Shown here piece after piece: positions 11,008 to 20,439 of a stretch of 64,000 nt of DNA. The notes beneath the pieces are model-generated. The model saw only the letters and a list, made by a program, of their open reading frames with translations. It was not told the origin of the DNA and made no database searches. The stretch covers positions 26,286 to 90,285 of the forward strand of contig CAJXVG010000001.1 of assembly GCA_913061495.1 (NCBI GenBank). Reading direction: 5' to 3'. Source of the stretch: an uncultured Winogradskyella sp. GTDB taxonomy: Bacteria; Bacteroidota; Bacteroidia; Flavobacteriales; Flavobacteriaceae. Position numbers and translations under genes: made by a program. How positions within the stretch are numbered: the first letter of the stretch is position 1; every line of letters begins with the position of its first letter.

Positions 11008-12297
11008 TTAATCTTCTTCTAGAATTTTTAAAAGCACTACATCAATTTTTGTTGAAGATACTTCTTCTATCGTAAACTTAAAATTATCTATACGTACGGT
11101 TTCTTTTTCTTCGGGAATACCTTCTGTGGCATTTACAATAAGTCCACCAAGAGTCTCGTAATTTTCTCCCTTAGGAAGATTTAATTTATAATTTTCATTA
11201 AGGTAATTTACACCCAACCGTGCAGAAAACTTATATGTTGTATCGTTTATTTTATCTTCAATAAGTTCTACTTTATCGTGTTCATCTTCAATTTCACCAA
11301 ATAGTTCTTCAATAATGTCTTCAACAGTCATAATACCAGACGTGCCACCATATTCATCTATTACAACTGCCATACTCCTACTCTTTTTGGTAAGGATATT
11401 AAGCACATCTTTTATTAAAATGGTTTCTGGCACAAAGCCCACAGGAATAACAATAGACTTAATGTCTATAGGCTTTTTAAACAGCTCAAACGCATGCACG
11501 TAACCTAAAATATCATCAATATTATCTTTATAAACGATGATTTTTGTTCTGCCTGTTTCAACGAATAGTTCTCTTAAGGTTTCTATGGAGTCAGAAATTT
11601 CTACAGCTGTTATTTCTGTTCGTGGAATCATTACCTCTCGAGCCTTTACATCTGAAAATTCCAATGCATTCTGAAAAATCTGAATTTCTGTATCTACTAC
11701 ATCATGGTCTTCAACAGATTCCATTTGCTCACTTATGTAATTCCCCAATTCTACCTTTGTCATTGCCAGAACAACATCTTCTCCTTCAACTCTGAAAATA
11801 TATTTTAATACTGCATCTGAAATCCAGATAATAAAATCTGAAATCAACGAGAATAAAATGTAAAATATATAAGTTGGTACTGCCAAAATCTTAAGCAAAG
11901 AATTGGCATATATTTGAAAGAACACTTTTGGTAGAAATTCTGCAGTAATCAAAATAACCAAGGTAGAAATTATGGTCTGTGTTAACAACTGTAAATCTAC
12001 AAATAAATAGGTTAAGGCAGTACTATCTGAAGGCAACATGGATTGGAACCACCTTACCAACACATCTCCCATTTTAAAACCATAAATTACCAATGCAATA
12101 TTGTTACCAATAAGCATTGTGGCTATATATTTTGATGGTTTTGCTGTGAGTTTACCGAGTACTTTTCCTAAAAAATCTCCTTGCTTTTTCTCTAATTCAA
12201 TATGAATTTTATTGGCAGAAACATAAGCAATTTCCATACCCGAAAAAAAGGCAGATAGTATAAGTGTTGCTACAATAATGACTATATCAACAGTCAT
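11008..12297 (-). CDS. CNNM(DUF21)-CBS-CorC/HlyC family membrane protein (hemolysin-like)
   Basis: Four N-terminal TM helices, a CBS-pair region and a C-terminal CorC_HlyC-like domain. Confidence 0.8.
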   Translation of the reverse strand: MTVDIVIIVATLILSAFFSGMEIAYVSANKIHIELEKKQGDFLGKVLGKLTAKPSKYIATMLIGNNIALVIYGFKMGDVLVRWFQSMLPSDSTALTYLFVDLQLLTQTIISTLVILITAEFLPKVFFQIYANSLLKILAVPTYIFYILFSLISDFIIWISDAVLKYIFRVEGEDVVLAMTKVELGNYISEQMESVEDHDVVDTEIQIFQNALEFSDVKAREVMIPRTEITAVEISDSIETLRELFVETGRTKIIVYKDNIDDILGYVHAFELFKKPIDIKSIVIPVGFVPETILIKDVLNILTKKSRSMAVVIDEYGGTSGIMTVEDIIEELFGEIEDEHDKVELIEDKINDTTYKFSARLGVNYLNENYKLNLPKGENYETLGGLIVNATEGIPEEKETVRIDNFKFTIEEVSSTKIDVVLLKILEED

Positions 12298-12300
12298 ATA

Positions 12301-12522
12301 TTAGGGTTTGTTTCTGTCTTCAAACTTTTTTCTAAACCGTTTTCTGAAGAAAAACATAAATATGGCCAAGGCTGCAAAGAGCAAGCCCATATAAGCTCGG
12401 TTTCTATCTGTGTTCCAGTTAGTGACAGCTTCGTAAATAAATAAAACTGCTATTATTAAATATGCGTATTGAAAGAATTTTAGTAATTGCATTTTGAAAT
12501 ATAAAGAATGTTTAAGGAACAA
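12301..12522 (-). CDS. small two-TM membrane protein
   Basis: ORF with two hydrophobic helices and a basic C-terminus, tightly packed between its neighbours. Confidence 0.4.
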   Translation of the reverse strand: MFLKHSLYFKMQLLKFFQYAYLIIAVLFIYEAVTNWNTDRNRAYMGLLFAALAIFMFFFRKRFRKKFEDRNKP

Positions 12523-12528
12523 AGATAG

Positions 12529-13095
12529 TTAATTATCAAGTTCAAAATCGCCACCCATTTCAAGCATTTGAAATTTCTCAAAAGTTTTATCAGAATCAAA
12601 GCCTAATCCTTCGGTAAACCCTGTGGTTCTTTTAAAATAGAAAGGTTCATTGGTAAATACCCATTCTAACTTTTCATTGTAGTATAATTGTTCTGTAAAA
12701 AGCGTATCCTTATCGTGTGTAGCAATCCTTACGTTACCTTGAAGGTCAATGATATCCGTATCTGTATAATAAATGGCGTAGTTTGCCAAAATAGTCGTTT
12801 TGTTATCATCTTCATCATAAATTTTTAACTCAACACCTTCAGGGAATTCTGAAAAAGAAAAAGGTCTATTAGAGTAATCCAACATTTTTGGGCTTAAGAG
12901 ATTTGCCAAAAGATCTACAGTTGAATCTTTGTATTCGGTATATTTTAAATCGATGTTCTCAGCTTCACCAATAGGCTGATTTTGGAGTACACCTATTTTC
13001 TGTACTTCATCAAAGTTATTTTTACATGAAAAAAACAAAGTCACAACAATTGCTGTGACTAAGTTTTTTATAATATGTAAATGGTTTGTTCTCAT
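12529..13095 (-). CDS. lptC: LptC-like LPS export periplasmic protein
   Basis: About 190 aa, lipoprotein-like N-terminus (FFSC), and an LptC-like pattern around IDLQGNVRIATHDKDTLFTEQLYYN. Confidence 0.55.
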   Translation of the reverse strand: MRTNHLHIIKNLVTAIVVTLFFSCKNNFDEVQKIGVLQNQPIGEAENIDLKYTEYKDSTVDLLANLLSPKMLDYSNRPFSFSEFPEGVELKIYDEDDNKTTILANYAIYYTDTDIIDLQGNVRIATHDKDTLFTEQLYYNEKLEWVFTNEPFYFKRTTGFTEGLGFDSDKTFEKFQMLEMGGDFELDN

Positions 13096-14462
13096 TAACC
13101 TGGAACTTTAACTGAACGTTGAATCCAGCATCCAATTCTTATGGTTTTCCCTTTATTACCTTTAGTAAAGATATCTGCTGTAGATGGTGCACTGGCATTA
13201 TAACTTGCAGCAGTTTTAGCAGCTGTAGATTTTAATCTCCCATCAACTCTACCCGCTTTTTGTGCTTCTTGAGCAGCTAACCAAAACACAGCTCTTTTGC
13301 TAAAGTTGTCATCACCACAACTGTTGGCACTTTTAGCATACATATTTGCAATGTAAAGGTAAGGTGACCCATCGGAAGGGTTTAACTTCACAGCTTCCAT
13401 ATAATATTGTCTTGCTCTACTGTACTGACCTTTATCTTTAAGTTCACCTGCCAATTTTTTGTAAAGTCTTGCTTTTTTGATAGGGTCTTTTTCTAACTGA
13501 ATAACCTGATCAAAGTACTTTTGCTCACCAGTTAAAGAATATAGGTAAAACGCTGTATTACCACTTGGCTCAACAGAATTTTTTTGTTTTACCAACTTTA
13601 AGAACAATGGATCGTCCTTACAACCTTTAACATACATTCTGTCCATAGCACGTTGCAACCAAACCGCATCGTTTTTAAACTCTTCATAATCCTTTTGATA
13701 AAGTGGTATTAAAACCTCACAGTTAGCTCTGTCACCTACTTTTTTGTCCATACTAGACTTAACAGTATCGAATGCGTTGAGATTAGATTCGTAAACTCTT
13801 TTATTTTTTGCTTCTTTTTTATTTAATTCTGTCCCAGCTTCTTCTTTTTCTACTAATTTATTTAAGTCTTCGATATAGCCTTTTTCAATTGGCTCAATAA
13901 CCTCCATGATCTCATCATATTTATTAAACATTTTTTGAGCATCATCTGGAGTTTTTGCACCAGCATCATATAAATCAACTGCTAAAGAAAAGTATGTATA
14001 AAGACCTTTAGCACTATCAAAATTTTCTTTGTCTTTTGTAAAAGCCTCATCAAACATGTCATAAACCTGCTGGTCATTTATGTTTAGTTCTTTTCTGTAC
14101 TTATAAGCTAATTGCGCTTTTTCATCTAACATTTTACCCAATGAATACTTAGAAGGAAAATACTGATGACTCTGATCGTATAGCTTCATTAAATCCTTAA
14201 TGTGCGCTACTTGCTCAGCTCCTGTTGAGTTTTCAATTTTATGTTCTAAAATATTGTCACCATAAGCATATATAGCTCTGTTGAATTTTGGACATTTTTC
14301 ACGCACTATTTTCCACGGTCCATATGCCTCATCGTATTTTTTACTTTTATAATAACTATCAAATATCGACAGGTTATTCATACACTCTTCGTCTTGTTGA
14401 GCAAAACTTATGTTGAAACTCACAAAAAGTGCCGCTAGCAATATTGGAATTCTCGTTTTCAT
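13095..14462 (-). CDS. secreted TPR-like repeat protein
   Basis: Start trimmed to MKTRIPILLAALFVSFNISFAQ (signal peptide). Helical-repeat composition. Confidence 0.5.
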   Translation of the reverse strand: MKTRIPILLAALFVSFNISFAQQDEECMNNLSIFDSYYKSKKYDEAYGPWKIVREKCPKFNRAIYAYGDNILEHKIENSTGAEQVAHIKDLMKLYDQSHQYFPSKYSLGKMLDEKAQLAYKYRKELNINDQQVYDMFDEAFTKDKENFDSAKGLYTYFSLAVDLYDAGAKTPDDAQKMFNKYDEIMEVIEPIEKGYIEDLNKLVEKEEAGTELNKKEAKNKRVYESNLNAFDTVKSSMDKKVGDRANCEVLIPLYQKDYEEFKNDAVWLQRAMDRMYVKGCKDDPLFLKLVKQKNSVEPSGNTAFYLYSLTGEQKYFDQVIQLEKDPIKKARLYKKLAGELKDKGQYSRARQYYMEAVKLNPSDGSPYLYIANMYAKSANSCGDDNFSKRAVFWLAAQEAQKAGRVDGRLKSTAAKTAASYNASAPSTADIFTKGNKGKTIRIGCWIQRSVKVPG

Positions 14463-14478
14463 CTTCTTATTTATTATG

Positions 14479-15798
14479 TTAGTTATACTTTCTTTTTTCA
14501 AACCATCTCGCATTCAAAGATAAACTCAAATTAAAGTTTACAAAATTCTCTTGAATTAAGTTTTGGTTTGTTGTTCCTCGTCGCCCAATTTCAACCCCTA
14601 GGTTAGCATTAGAAAACAGGCTTCGGTTCCCAACTGGTAATCCTAGACCAAAAGACATGCCAAACTCTTTAATGGATTCATTTTTTATTACTAAACCTGT
14701 GTTTGCAAAGTTAAAACCTGCTCTGTAAACAATACGTTTAAAGTAACCTGAATATGCATTATAATCTGGGATATAAAATCCACCAACGGCAATTTGGTGC
14801 GATTTTTCATAAACGGTAATCTCATTATTAAAGATTGGGTTTGAAAAATTCCCTGTGTTTACAACAGTGTATTCTGTTCCTACAAACCAGGACCTTGGCT
14901 TTCCTATACCAGCTCCCAGAGTCACAACAGCAGGTAATGTTAAGTCAGTATCTTTTAAGCCATCCGTTTCTAAATCTGCATCAATTGTGTTTCTTACAAT
15001 TTCACTATCATCAAAATTATTTATTATTACAGTAGAATATGAACGTTGATTTTGGGAAGACAATCTAGTTTCTGGTGCATAGGTTGCTGTTGCTGAAAGT
15101 TCAAGATTCTCCGTCACCCTTGTTTTATATGCTACACCAAAATTAAAGTTCAATCCACTTAAATCGGATCTGTTGTTTTCTCTAGTCTGATACTGAACTA
15201 TATCTCCTTCTGGTGTATATAAAACTGCTATTGCACTGTTCTGCACATTCCCAAAATTATAGTTAATATCAACACCTGCACTTAATTTGGGTGTAATTTG
15301 ATAGCCAAAACCAGCAAAGACGCGGTTAACACCACCATCTCCTCTGTAACGATTTTCTAGGTCTCCGTCATCGTTAAAGTCCTCCAGTTTGTAACCCACC
15401 GAAGTATATGGCAAAAGACCAAATCCAAATCCAAACTTCCCAACAGGAATTGTAAGTGCTAAATAATCAAAAGCTGTACTGCTTCCTTCTGCTTCACCAG
15501 AGTTACTTTTGAAATTTAAATTGGAAGATGTACCTGCAACCGTAAATTTAATAGGTCTGCTTTCTCCATCAAAAGGGACTCCTTCAACATTTTTACCTGC
15601 GTAAGCTGCAGGGTTTCTTAGGTTAACGTGGATACTATCTAAGTAAACACCTATTCCACCCATACTGCGATTTTCAACAGTACCTTTAAATTTTAAACTA
15701 CCTATACCGTAAAAGGAGTAAGGAGAAGACGTGCCTTGTTGCGCGAATGCAAAGGAGCCTATAATTGTAACACAAATTACAACGAGCCGTTTTATCAT
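14479..15798 (-). CDS. outer-membrane beta-barrel protein (porin-like)
   Basis: Signal peptide, alternating beta-strand pattern rich in G/Y/N/F, aromatic near the C-terminus. Confidence 0.45.
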   Translation of the reverse strand: MIKRLVVICVTIIGSFAFAQQGTSSPYSFYGIGSLKFKGTVENRSMGGIGVYLDSIHVNLRNPAAYAGKNVEGVPFDGESRPIKFTVAGTSSNLNFKSNSGEAEGSSTAFDYLALTIPVGKFGFGFGLLPYTSVGYKLEDFNDDGDLENRYRGDGGVNRVFAGFGYQITPKLSAGVDINYNFGNVQNSAIAVLYTPEGDIVQYQTRENNRSDLSGLNFNFGVAYKTRVTENLELSATATYAPETRLSSQNQRSYSTVIINNFDDSEIVRNTIDADLETDGLKDTDLTLPAVVTLGAGIGKPRSWFVGTEYTVVNTGNFSNPIFNNEITVYEKSHQIAVGGFYIPDYNAYSGYFKRIVYRAGFNFANTGLVIKNESIKEFGMSFGLGLPVGNRSLFSNANLGVEIGRRGTTNQNLIQENFVNFNLSLSLNARWFEKRKYN

Positions 15799-16526
15799 TA
15801 TTTTGAATTATAATCTAGAATGAAATTCAAACCGTCCAATAGGAAATTTGAATTGGCAAATATGCCATTTTTTAATTGGTTAGACAAAAAATTGGCATCT
15901 CCACCTGTTAAAATAATTGTTAAATCTGGGTAATTCCCTTTATATTGATCGATAATACCGTCTATTTCTTTGCAAATTCCAAAAACAACACCAGAATGAA
16001 TTGATGTTTCAGTGGTATTCCCTATAATGTTTTCAGGTTTTTCTGTATCTAATAACGGAAGATTAGCGGTTAAATTATTTAGGGATTTGTAGCGTAAGCG
16101 AATTCCCGGAGAAATTGCACCACCTAAATATTCGTTTTCACTGGTAATGAAATCATAAGTAATACAAGTACCAGCATCAATAATTAGAACATTTTTATCA
16201 GGAAAGTGATAAATCGATGCGCTTACCAACGCCATACGATCCACACCTAGTGTACTTGGGGTTTTATACAAATTCCCAAAAGGAAGTTTCGTTTTGGAAT
16301 TGAGCTCCAAAACGTTGAAATTTTCTTTTAAAGTTTCTATGTGATTTTTTGAAAGCTGCCCAACCGAAGATACAATTGCATATTTAATTTTTGGAAAACT
16401 ATTTTTGATGTTGCCCAAACTGAGATTAAATTCAGAAAGTTCAAAACTGACTTTGTGAACTAAATCGGTTTTTTGGTAAACCGCAAATTTTACCAAGGTA
16501 TTTCCCACGTCTACAATAAGATTCAT
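15798..16526 (-). CDS. coaX: type III pantothenate kinase
   Basis: Motifs IVDVGNTLVK, LGVDRMA and IIDAGTCITYD. Confidence 0.85.
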   Translation of the reverse strand: MNLIVDVGNTLVKFAVYQKTDLVHKVSFELSEFNLSLGNIKNSFPKIKYAIVSSVGQLSKNHIETLKENFNVLELNSKTKLPFGNLYKTPSTLGVDRMALVSASIYHFPDKNVLIIDAGTCITYDFITSENEYLGGAISPGIRLRYKSLNNLTANLPLLDTEKPENIIGNTTETSIHSGVVFGICKEIDGIIDQYKGNYPDLTIILTGGDANFLSNQLKNGIFANSNFLLDGLNFILDYNSK

Positions 16527-16576
16527 ACGCTATTTATATAATGCAAATTTATAAAATCAATTTTTACGATTTTATT

Positions 16577-16607
16577 TTTGTGAATAATAAAAATGCATCT
16601 ATATTTG
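16577..16607 (+). promoter_or_regulatory. tRNA-Phe promoter (-33 TTTG, -7 TATATTTG)
   Basis: TTTG at 16577-16580 and TATATTTG at 16600-16607, 19 nt apart. The tRNA starts 22 nt downstream. Confidence 0.5.
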
Positions 16608-16628
16608 CATCCGCTTAATTAAGCAATT

Positions 16629-16704
16629 GGTGCCTTAGCTCAGTTGGTAGAGCAAAGGACTGAAAATCCTTGTGTCCCTGGTTCGATTCCTGGAGGCACC
16701 ACCA
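16629..16704 (+). tRNA. tRNA-Phe (anticodon GAA), CCA encoded
   Basis: Hand-folded cloverleaf: acceptor GGTGCCT/AGGCACC, D arm GCTC-AGTTGGTA-GAGC, anticodon loop CTGAAAA, T loop TTCGATT. The T stem has one T-T mismatch. Confidence 0.9.
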
Positions 16705-16711
16705 GAGGCGA

Positions 16712-16733
16712 AAGCCCTGTATTTACAGGGCTT
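16712..16733 (+). other. stable hairpin just 3' of tRNA-Phe
   Basis: 8-bp stem AAGCCCTG/CAGGGCTT with no U tract. Possible tRNA 3' processing, terminator or att-arm element. Confidence 0.4.
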
Positions 16734-16803
16734 AAGCTTCAAAAAACAAACTCTTTTAGTGTCGTAGTTTTTATCAAAAGGTAATAAAAACGGTAATAGA
16801 ACT

Positions 16804-17997
16804 ATGATACTTCTTCCACACGGCTGCAGCTGCAGTGAACCTTCGGTAAATCCCAAAAATTGGAAAACAGGAGGCAAATCTCTCCTAAAGAAAAACTGGC
16901 GCATCCATTATTATTTTAGAGATCCTGAATTCAAGGACAAATATCCCTATGGAAAATTGATATCGATAAAGGGGATGAACAATTTTAAAACATTAGAAGA
17001 AAGACGTGAAGCTACACAATTGTTGATTGATGAGGAACTTTATATTTTAAAGGTTGAAGGCTACAATCCGATAACTAAACAGAAAAACGGTCCCGAGATT
17101 CAGCTGACTTATGACATAGATCCAGACACACTTTTAAAACCTGCCATAGACAAAGCTAGAGACAGAATCGAGGGAGCGGATTCAACATTGTCAGACCTTA
17201 AAACATCTGCCAAGTATTTTAAAAAGAGTGCTGATCAACTGAGGTATTCCGCTTTGAGGATTGGAGATGTTAAACGCGGCCACATCAGAAACATTTTAGA
17301 TAACCAGGCAAAACAAAACAACTACACAAACGAGAGGTATAATAAAGTCAGAGCTTACATGAGCATGATTTTCAAAGAGCTTTTGGATGCTGATGCTATA
17401 GAATTCAACCTTGTTTCTGGTATAAAAAAGAAAAAGGAAACAAAGAAGATAGTTCCCACATTATCAGAAAAAGAAATGATAAAAGTTCGTGAATATTTAA
17501 AAAACAATCACTACACCTTCTATCGTTATTTTGAGATTTTTTTCCGTTCCGGTAGTAGATCCACTGAACTCTTCAGGCTTAAAACCAAAGATGTTGATTT
17601 ATATGGCCAACGCTTTAAGGTATTGGTTAAAAAAGGACGTAACTATGAAGAACAATGGAGAGCCATCAGCAATATTTCAATGCCTTTTTGGACTGAACTA
17701 ATGCAGTCTGCAGATAAAGATGATTTTGTTTTTTCAATAAACTTCACTCCAGGCCCCCAAAAGATTGCAGCTCGTCAAGTTTCAAACAAGTGGAGAAAAT
17801 ATGTTAAAGATAGATTGAACATCTCAGTAAATTTCTATGCACTAAAACACCTGTATACAACCAAAGTAATAAGTTTGTACGATAGAAAAATCGCTTCTGG
17901 AATAAACGGCCATAAATCCAGTATTATGAACGATCAGCATTATGATACCATGAGAAAACAAAGGATATTAGAAGAAGCAAAAAAAATAGATATTTAA
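16804..17997 (+). CDS. tyrosine-type site-specific integrase
   Basis: Bacteroidota phage-integrase architecture. Catalytic-region contexts SGSRSTEL, YALKHLYTT and GHKSSIMNDQHY. Sits beside the tRNA. Confidence 0.85.
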   Translation: MILLPHGCSCSEPSVNPKNWKTGGKSLLKKNWRIHYYFRDPEFKDKYPYGKLISIKGMNNFKTLEERREATQLLIDEELYILKVEGYNPITKQKNGPEIQLTYDIDPDTLLKPAIDKARDRIEGADSTLSDLKTSAKYFKKSADQLRYSALRIGDVKRGHIRNILDNQAKQNNYTNERYNKVRAYMSMIFKELLDADAIEFNLVSGIKKKKETKKIVPTLSEKEMIKVREYLKNNHYTFYRYFEIFFRSGSRSTELFRLKTKDVDLYGQRFKVLVKKGRNYEEQWRAISNISMPFWTELMQSADKDDFVFSINFTPGPQKIAARQVSNKWRKYVKDRLNISVNFYALKHLYTTKVISLYDRKIASGINGHKSSIMNDQHYDTMRKQRILEEAKKIDI

Positions 17998-17998
17998 A

Positions 17999-18262
17999 AT
18001 GTACTTCACCATCCACATAGATAAAGACGAATTTGATATGACTCAAGAAGAATTTGAATTCCATGAGCGACTGATCAACCGGTTTAAAAGCGAGTACTCG
18101 TATGCTTTTAAATATGAATGTTCTAAGGCTGGTAATGTAGAAGTTGAATTTAATTACTTTACCGAAACACAAAAATTTAAACTGATAAAAATTAGTAGTT
18201 TAGAGCACGTACACAATAGAATTATTTCTGTTTATCCTAAGGTTAAGAAATGGTTTAATTAG
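17999..18262 (+). CDS. hypothetical protein co-transcribed with the integrase
   Basis: ORF starts 1 nt after the integrase stop. No recognisable motif. Confidence 0.4.
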   Translation: MYFTIHIDKDEFDMTQEEFEFHERLINRFKSEYSYAFKYECSKAGNVEVEFNYFTETQKFKLIKISSLEHVHNRIISVYPKVKKWFN

Positions 18263-18611
18263 CAATTAAAACACCACCAATTAAGCCGCCAACGACACCA
18301 ATGGTTGTTGGCAATATCCAATTGTTTTTTTTTCTACGAAGTGCTTTTACTGATTTATCTAACTGCAATTGAAGTCTTTCTGTTTCGGATTGATAGGTGT
18401 TTAGTTGGCTGAAATAAGCTAAGTTGGTTTCGACCAAAAAATCAAACTGTTTTTGTAAATCTATGTAGGCAATGGACATACTGTCGCACTTGTCTATTTT
18501 CCGCTTTATATTTTGAAGTGTGGAAACTTTAACCACTTTAGTCCTGGTATTCTGCGAGAAAATCGTTAAGCTCAGCATCAGTATAGTTGCGATTGTCAAT
18601 AATTTCTTCAT
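18255..18611 (-). CDS. spanin-like protein with N-terminal signal peptide and C-terminal TM (no lipobox)
   Basis: MKKLLTIATILMLSLTIFSQ, a coiled coil, then C-terminal WILPTTIGVVGGLIGGVLIAN. The start is embedded out of frame in the preceding gene. Confidence 0.4.
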   Translation of the reverse strand: MKKLLTIATILMLSLTIFSQNTRTKVVKVSTLQNIKRKIDKCDSMSIAYIDLQKQFDFLVETNLAYFSQLNTYQSETERLQLQLDKSVKALRRKKNNWILPTTIGVVGGLIGGVLIAN

Positions 18612-18882
18612 CTTGCTTTAATTTATCGTTGATGTCCTTTGATTTTTTTTGGACATTTTTTGTCCTGTTTTGCTGATTTTGGGTCAAGTTCTTAATTTCA
18701 GTGTTTAAGGAAACGATGCTGTCTTTTGCTTGGCTGTATTGCTTTTCTATGGATTTAAAATACTGATATTTATAATACCCTTTTCCAACGCCTGAATAAA
18801 TGGCATAACCAACAGCAATTAAAGCTATAATTATAAATAGCTTTGCAATTGGGCTTTGTATTTTGAACCACGTCCAGATCAT
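18538..18882 (-). CDS. i-spanin-like type II membrane coiled-coil protein
   Basis: One N-terminal TM followed by charged coiled coil. TAATG overlap with the endolysin stop. Confidence 0.5.
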   Translation of the reverse strand: MIWTWFKIQSPIAKLFIIIALIAVGYAIYSGVGKGYYKYQYFKSIEKQYSQAKDSIVSLNTEIKNLTQNQQNRTKNVQKKSKDINDKLKQDEEIIDNRNYTDAELNDFLAEYQD

Positions 18883-19292
18883 TATTTTCTCATTTGAAAA
18901 TGTGGCGTATCTACAAAACCATCCTCTATATTGTTCTTGTTAAAATCACCTCCCCAAACATTTTTTGGATGCAATGAAACCCAGTAATCCCCTAAAGACT
19001 TGACCGTGTTAAAATCATAGGTAAGCTCACCGTTCACAAAAAAATTAAAGTCAACCGCTAATCTATCTGCGTGGCTGCTTAATAATGTTTGGCTCAATTT
19101 TCTTTGCTTAACCAATTTAATACCTAGCACACCGCCTTTTTCAACTCTATAACCAAAATAGTTAAGAAGTATCTGTGAATTGGTTCTGTGTGCTTCACCA
19201 AATGTTAGCTCTATTCCTAGAACATCATAAGCGTAGGTTATCAAACAACCAATGTTTCTTGTAAATACTCTTTGTTTTTGTGATAAACTCAT
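18882..19292 (-). CDS. M15-family peptidoglycan peptidase (endolysin)
   Basis: Zinc-ligand pattern SSHADRLAVD ... DTPHF, typical of VanY/L-Ala-D-Glu peptidase endolysins. Confidence 0.75.
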   Translation of the reverse strand: MSLSQKQRVFTRNIGCLITYAYDVLGIELTFGEAHRTNSQILLNYFGYRVEKGGVLGIKLVKQRKLSQTLLSSHADRLAVDFNFFVNGELTYDFNTVKSLGDYWVSLHPKNVWGGDFNKNNIEDGFVDTPHFQMRK

Positions 19293-20053
19293 ATTCTAGA
19301 TTTTACAAACCGTTTAAAGTCATAAACACTTTTAGTAAGGTTTTCGTTTTTTAAATGAGGGTCAACAACATCAAAATTGAAGCTGACAAACAAGGCTTCG
19401 TTCTTGCGTGATTCAACCATCAATATTATAAACGATTTTATGTTTCCTTGCTTCAAGTATTCCTTTGACATCCCGAAATAAACCATTGATTCTTTTGTTA
19501 CGTCTGGCACGTAAACAGAAGTTTCAGTAGTTACGGCTTTAAGGTTTATGTTTTCCCAACCTTTATAAAGTTTTGGGTTACCACCATCTTCTGAATAATC
19601 TTCTTCAATACTCGATTCTGTACTTACATATACATCCAGTTCCCAATTTCCGTTCATTTCTAAAGGACTTCCGCCGTTGTGGATAGAATAGTAATTGACA
19701 CCTATGCAGTTGTTTAAAATAAGATACTTGTACTTTGTAGATTCATCGTCTATCTCACCTCTGTATTTAGCTACTTTTTTAAGACGCTTAATTGCATTTG
19801 CTTCTTCTATGCTATCTCTTAACCTCTGCATCATACGCTCATTGTCAAGCATTATCTCGGCTTCTTTAACCGTTAGCGGTTGTTCCTCAAAAATCTCTTT
19901 CACTTCAACCCTAAAAGTCATCAAGAATATCATAATCATTGTAAAAAAAACGATAACAACGACCAATAAAGATTTAAGAGCTGGTGGTACGCTCTTGAAT
20001 CCGTGTGAGAATATGCCTATCAATTGGCTCATAAGGCTCTGTCTGTTTTCCAT
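19289..20053 (-). CDS. membrane-anchored protein of unknown function inside the lysis cassette
   Basis: Single N-terminal TM (LLVVVIVFFTMIMIFLMTF) plus a roughly 190-aa soluble domain. ATGA overlap with the endolysin. Confidence 0.4.
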   Translation of the reverse strand: MENRQSLMSQLIGIFSHGFKSVPPALKSLLVVVIVFFTMIMIFLMTFRVEVKEIFEEQPLTVKEAEIMLDNERMMQRLRDSIEEANAIKRLKKVAKYRGEIDDESTKYKYLILNNCIGVNYYSIHNGGSPLEMNGNWELDVYVSTESSIEEDYSEDGGNPKLYKGWENINLKAVTTETSVYVPDVTKESMVYFGMSKEYLKQGNIKSFIILMVESRKNEALFVSFNFDVVDPHLKNENLTKSVYDFKRFVKSRI

Positions 20054-20097
20054 TAATTCATATTTTAAGCCCTAATCCCTTTGAACTTAATAGCAAT

Positions 20098-20430
20098 TTA
20101 TTTTTTTTCTTTGTCAAACCCTGCACTTATAGAAAAGCCTAGCAGTAAGAATGCCTTTAGATTTCCTGCGATGTCCCAACCAAAAAACTCTTTAATTAAA
20201 TCTGCTGATTCTGGCATTATATTGATCATAAGACCTAACAGGAAAATGACTATTGCTGTCCATATCCATATAAATCTACTTTCTATCCAAATGGATTGCC
20301 AAAAGACGTTATGGCCAATGTCTTTTATCAATGGCTTCTTTAGATATTTTCTGAAGGCTATCACGTTATAAATTAATATGCCCAGTAAGCCTATTCCGAA
20401 TTGTGCTAAAATGTTTAAAATATTTTCCAT
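20098..20430 (-). CDS. holin candidate (3 TM, 110 aa)
   Basis: Small protein with three hydrophobic helices and a charged C-terminus (DKEKK), lying upstream of the endolysin. Confidence 0.45.
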   Translation of the reverse strand: MENILNILAQFGIGLLGILIYNVIAFRKYLKKPLIKDIGHNVFWQSIWIESRFIWIWTAIVIFLLGLMINIMPESADLIKEFFGWDIAGNLKAFLLLGFSISAGFDKEKK

Positions 20431-20439
20431 GATAATTAT

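Noticed and set aside
11008-12297. Naming the CBS/CorC protein GldE
   Set aside because: The domain architecture fits, but Flavobacteriia have paralogs and the usual gldD neighbour is absent. Only the family-level call is kept.
14463-14513. Upstream starts giving gene overlaps (13095..14513, and also 21591..22562)
   Set aside because: Internal Met codons immediately precede clean signal peptides and remove the 35-52 nt overlaps. The trimmed starts 14462 and 22499 are used.
16635-16904. 89-aa minus-strand ORF from the track
   Set aside because: It runs antisense across tRNA-Phe and the integrase start, so it is an artefact of open reading through the tRNA.
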